Part shown: positions 63,726 to 64,000 of the stretch, in pieces
Layout of the letters: every line of letters starts with the position of its first letter
Numbering within the stretch: position 1 is the stretch's first letter
Assembly (NCBI GenBank): GCA_964187785.1
Contig: OZ076409.1
Span: forward strand, 6,574,001-6,638,000
DNA length: 64,000 bases
Origin: Amphiscolops sp. MND2022
Lineage: Eukaryota
Direction of reading: 5' to 3'
Translations under genes and position numbers: made by a program
Notes under the pieces: model-generated
What the model was told of the DNA's origin: nothing
The model's input: only the letters and a program-made list of their open reading frames with translations
Databases searched by the model: none

Positions 63726-64000
63726 AACCATTGATAAACTCGAACTTTGTTTTTAACTTATCAGTTTTTATATAATTTTTGTTGGAATATTAGTCATTGT
63801 CATCTAGTCAAATACAGTGGTGATATTTTTAAAAGCAACAAAGCCGCTTCAAAGTCTGCGGCAGGTGAAAAAAAAACTTCAAAGTCATCCCAAAACATGT
63901 ATTTTCGAAAAAATCTTCAAACAAACATATTTGTAAACTAGATAAAAATCTAGAATACGTTTATTTTTATAAGGTTTCATAAACCACTGCCGTTTTAGAG

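Larger units (their letters stand above)
48116..64000. mobile_element. Candidate giant Transib/RAG-like transposon with chromatin cargo genes (right end not in window)
   Basis: Abrupt junction at ~48116 (cattacagtgggg), triplicated subterminal motif, four compact genes including a DDE transposase-like gene, and no recognisable copies of the host HINE/MITE families. Confidence 0.55.

Noticed and set aside
48116..64000. Endogenous giant virus or Polinton
   Set aside because: No capsid, packaging ATPase, DNA polymerase B or retroviral-type integrase motifs are recognisable, and the genes have spliceosomal introns; not excluded beyond the window edge
1..64000. Species identification
   Set aside because: The proteins look metazoan and divergent, but the sequence alone does not let me name the organism

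Overview
This is AT-rich, repeat-dense eukaryotic (probably invertebrate animal) genomic DNA, not a prokaryotic window, so most short ORFs in the track are noise. (1) 299-33174 (+): the last nine exons of SF3B3 (splicing factor 3B subunit 3), which splice into one continuous frame. (2) 35777-45227 (+): a five-exon BIN3-like N-BAR gene. (3) The introns are packed with hAT and Tc1/pogo MITEs, three Helentron/DINE-1-like families, a decayed PIF1-helicase/GIY-YIG element, a ~750-bp tandem array and a broken hAT transposase. Two things stand out. First, 4 of the 12 introns in these two genes look like DNA-transposon insertions that became precisely spliced introns (Introner-like). They have inverted repeats at the intron ends, 8-bp target-site geometry and GC or GG donors, and one of them recoded two SF3B3 residues. 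Second, from ~48116 to the window end there is a gene-dense block of at least 16 kb almost free of those repeats. It encodes a Transib/RAG1-like DDE transposase fused to a BRCT-like domain, a Tudor-like reader, a KDM2/7-type JmjC eraser and a SETD8-like writer. This is a candidate giant transposon carrying its own chromatin toolkit. All family assignments come from motif recognition by eye; no searches were run.
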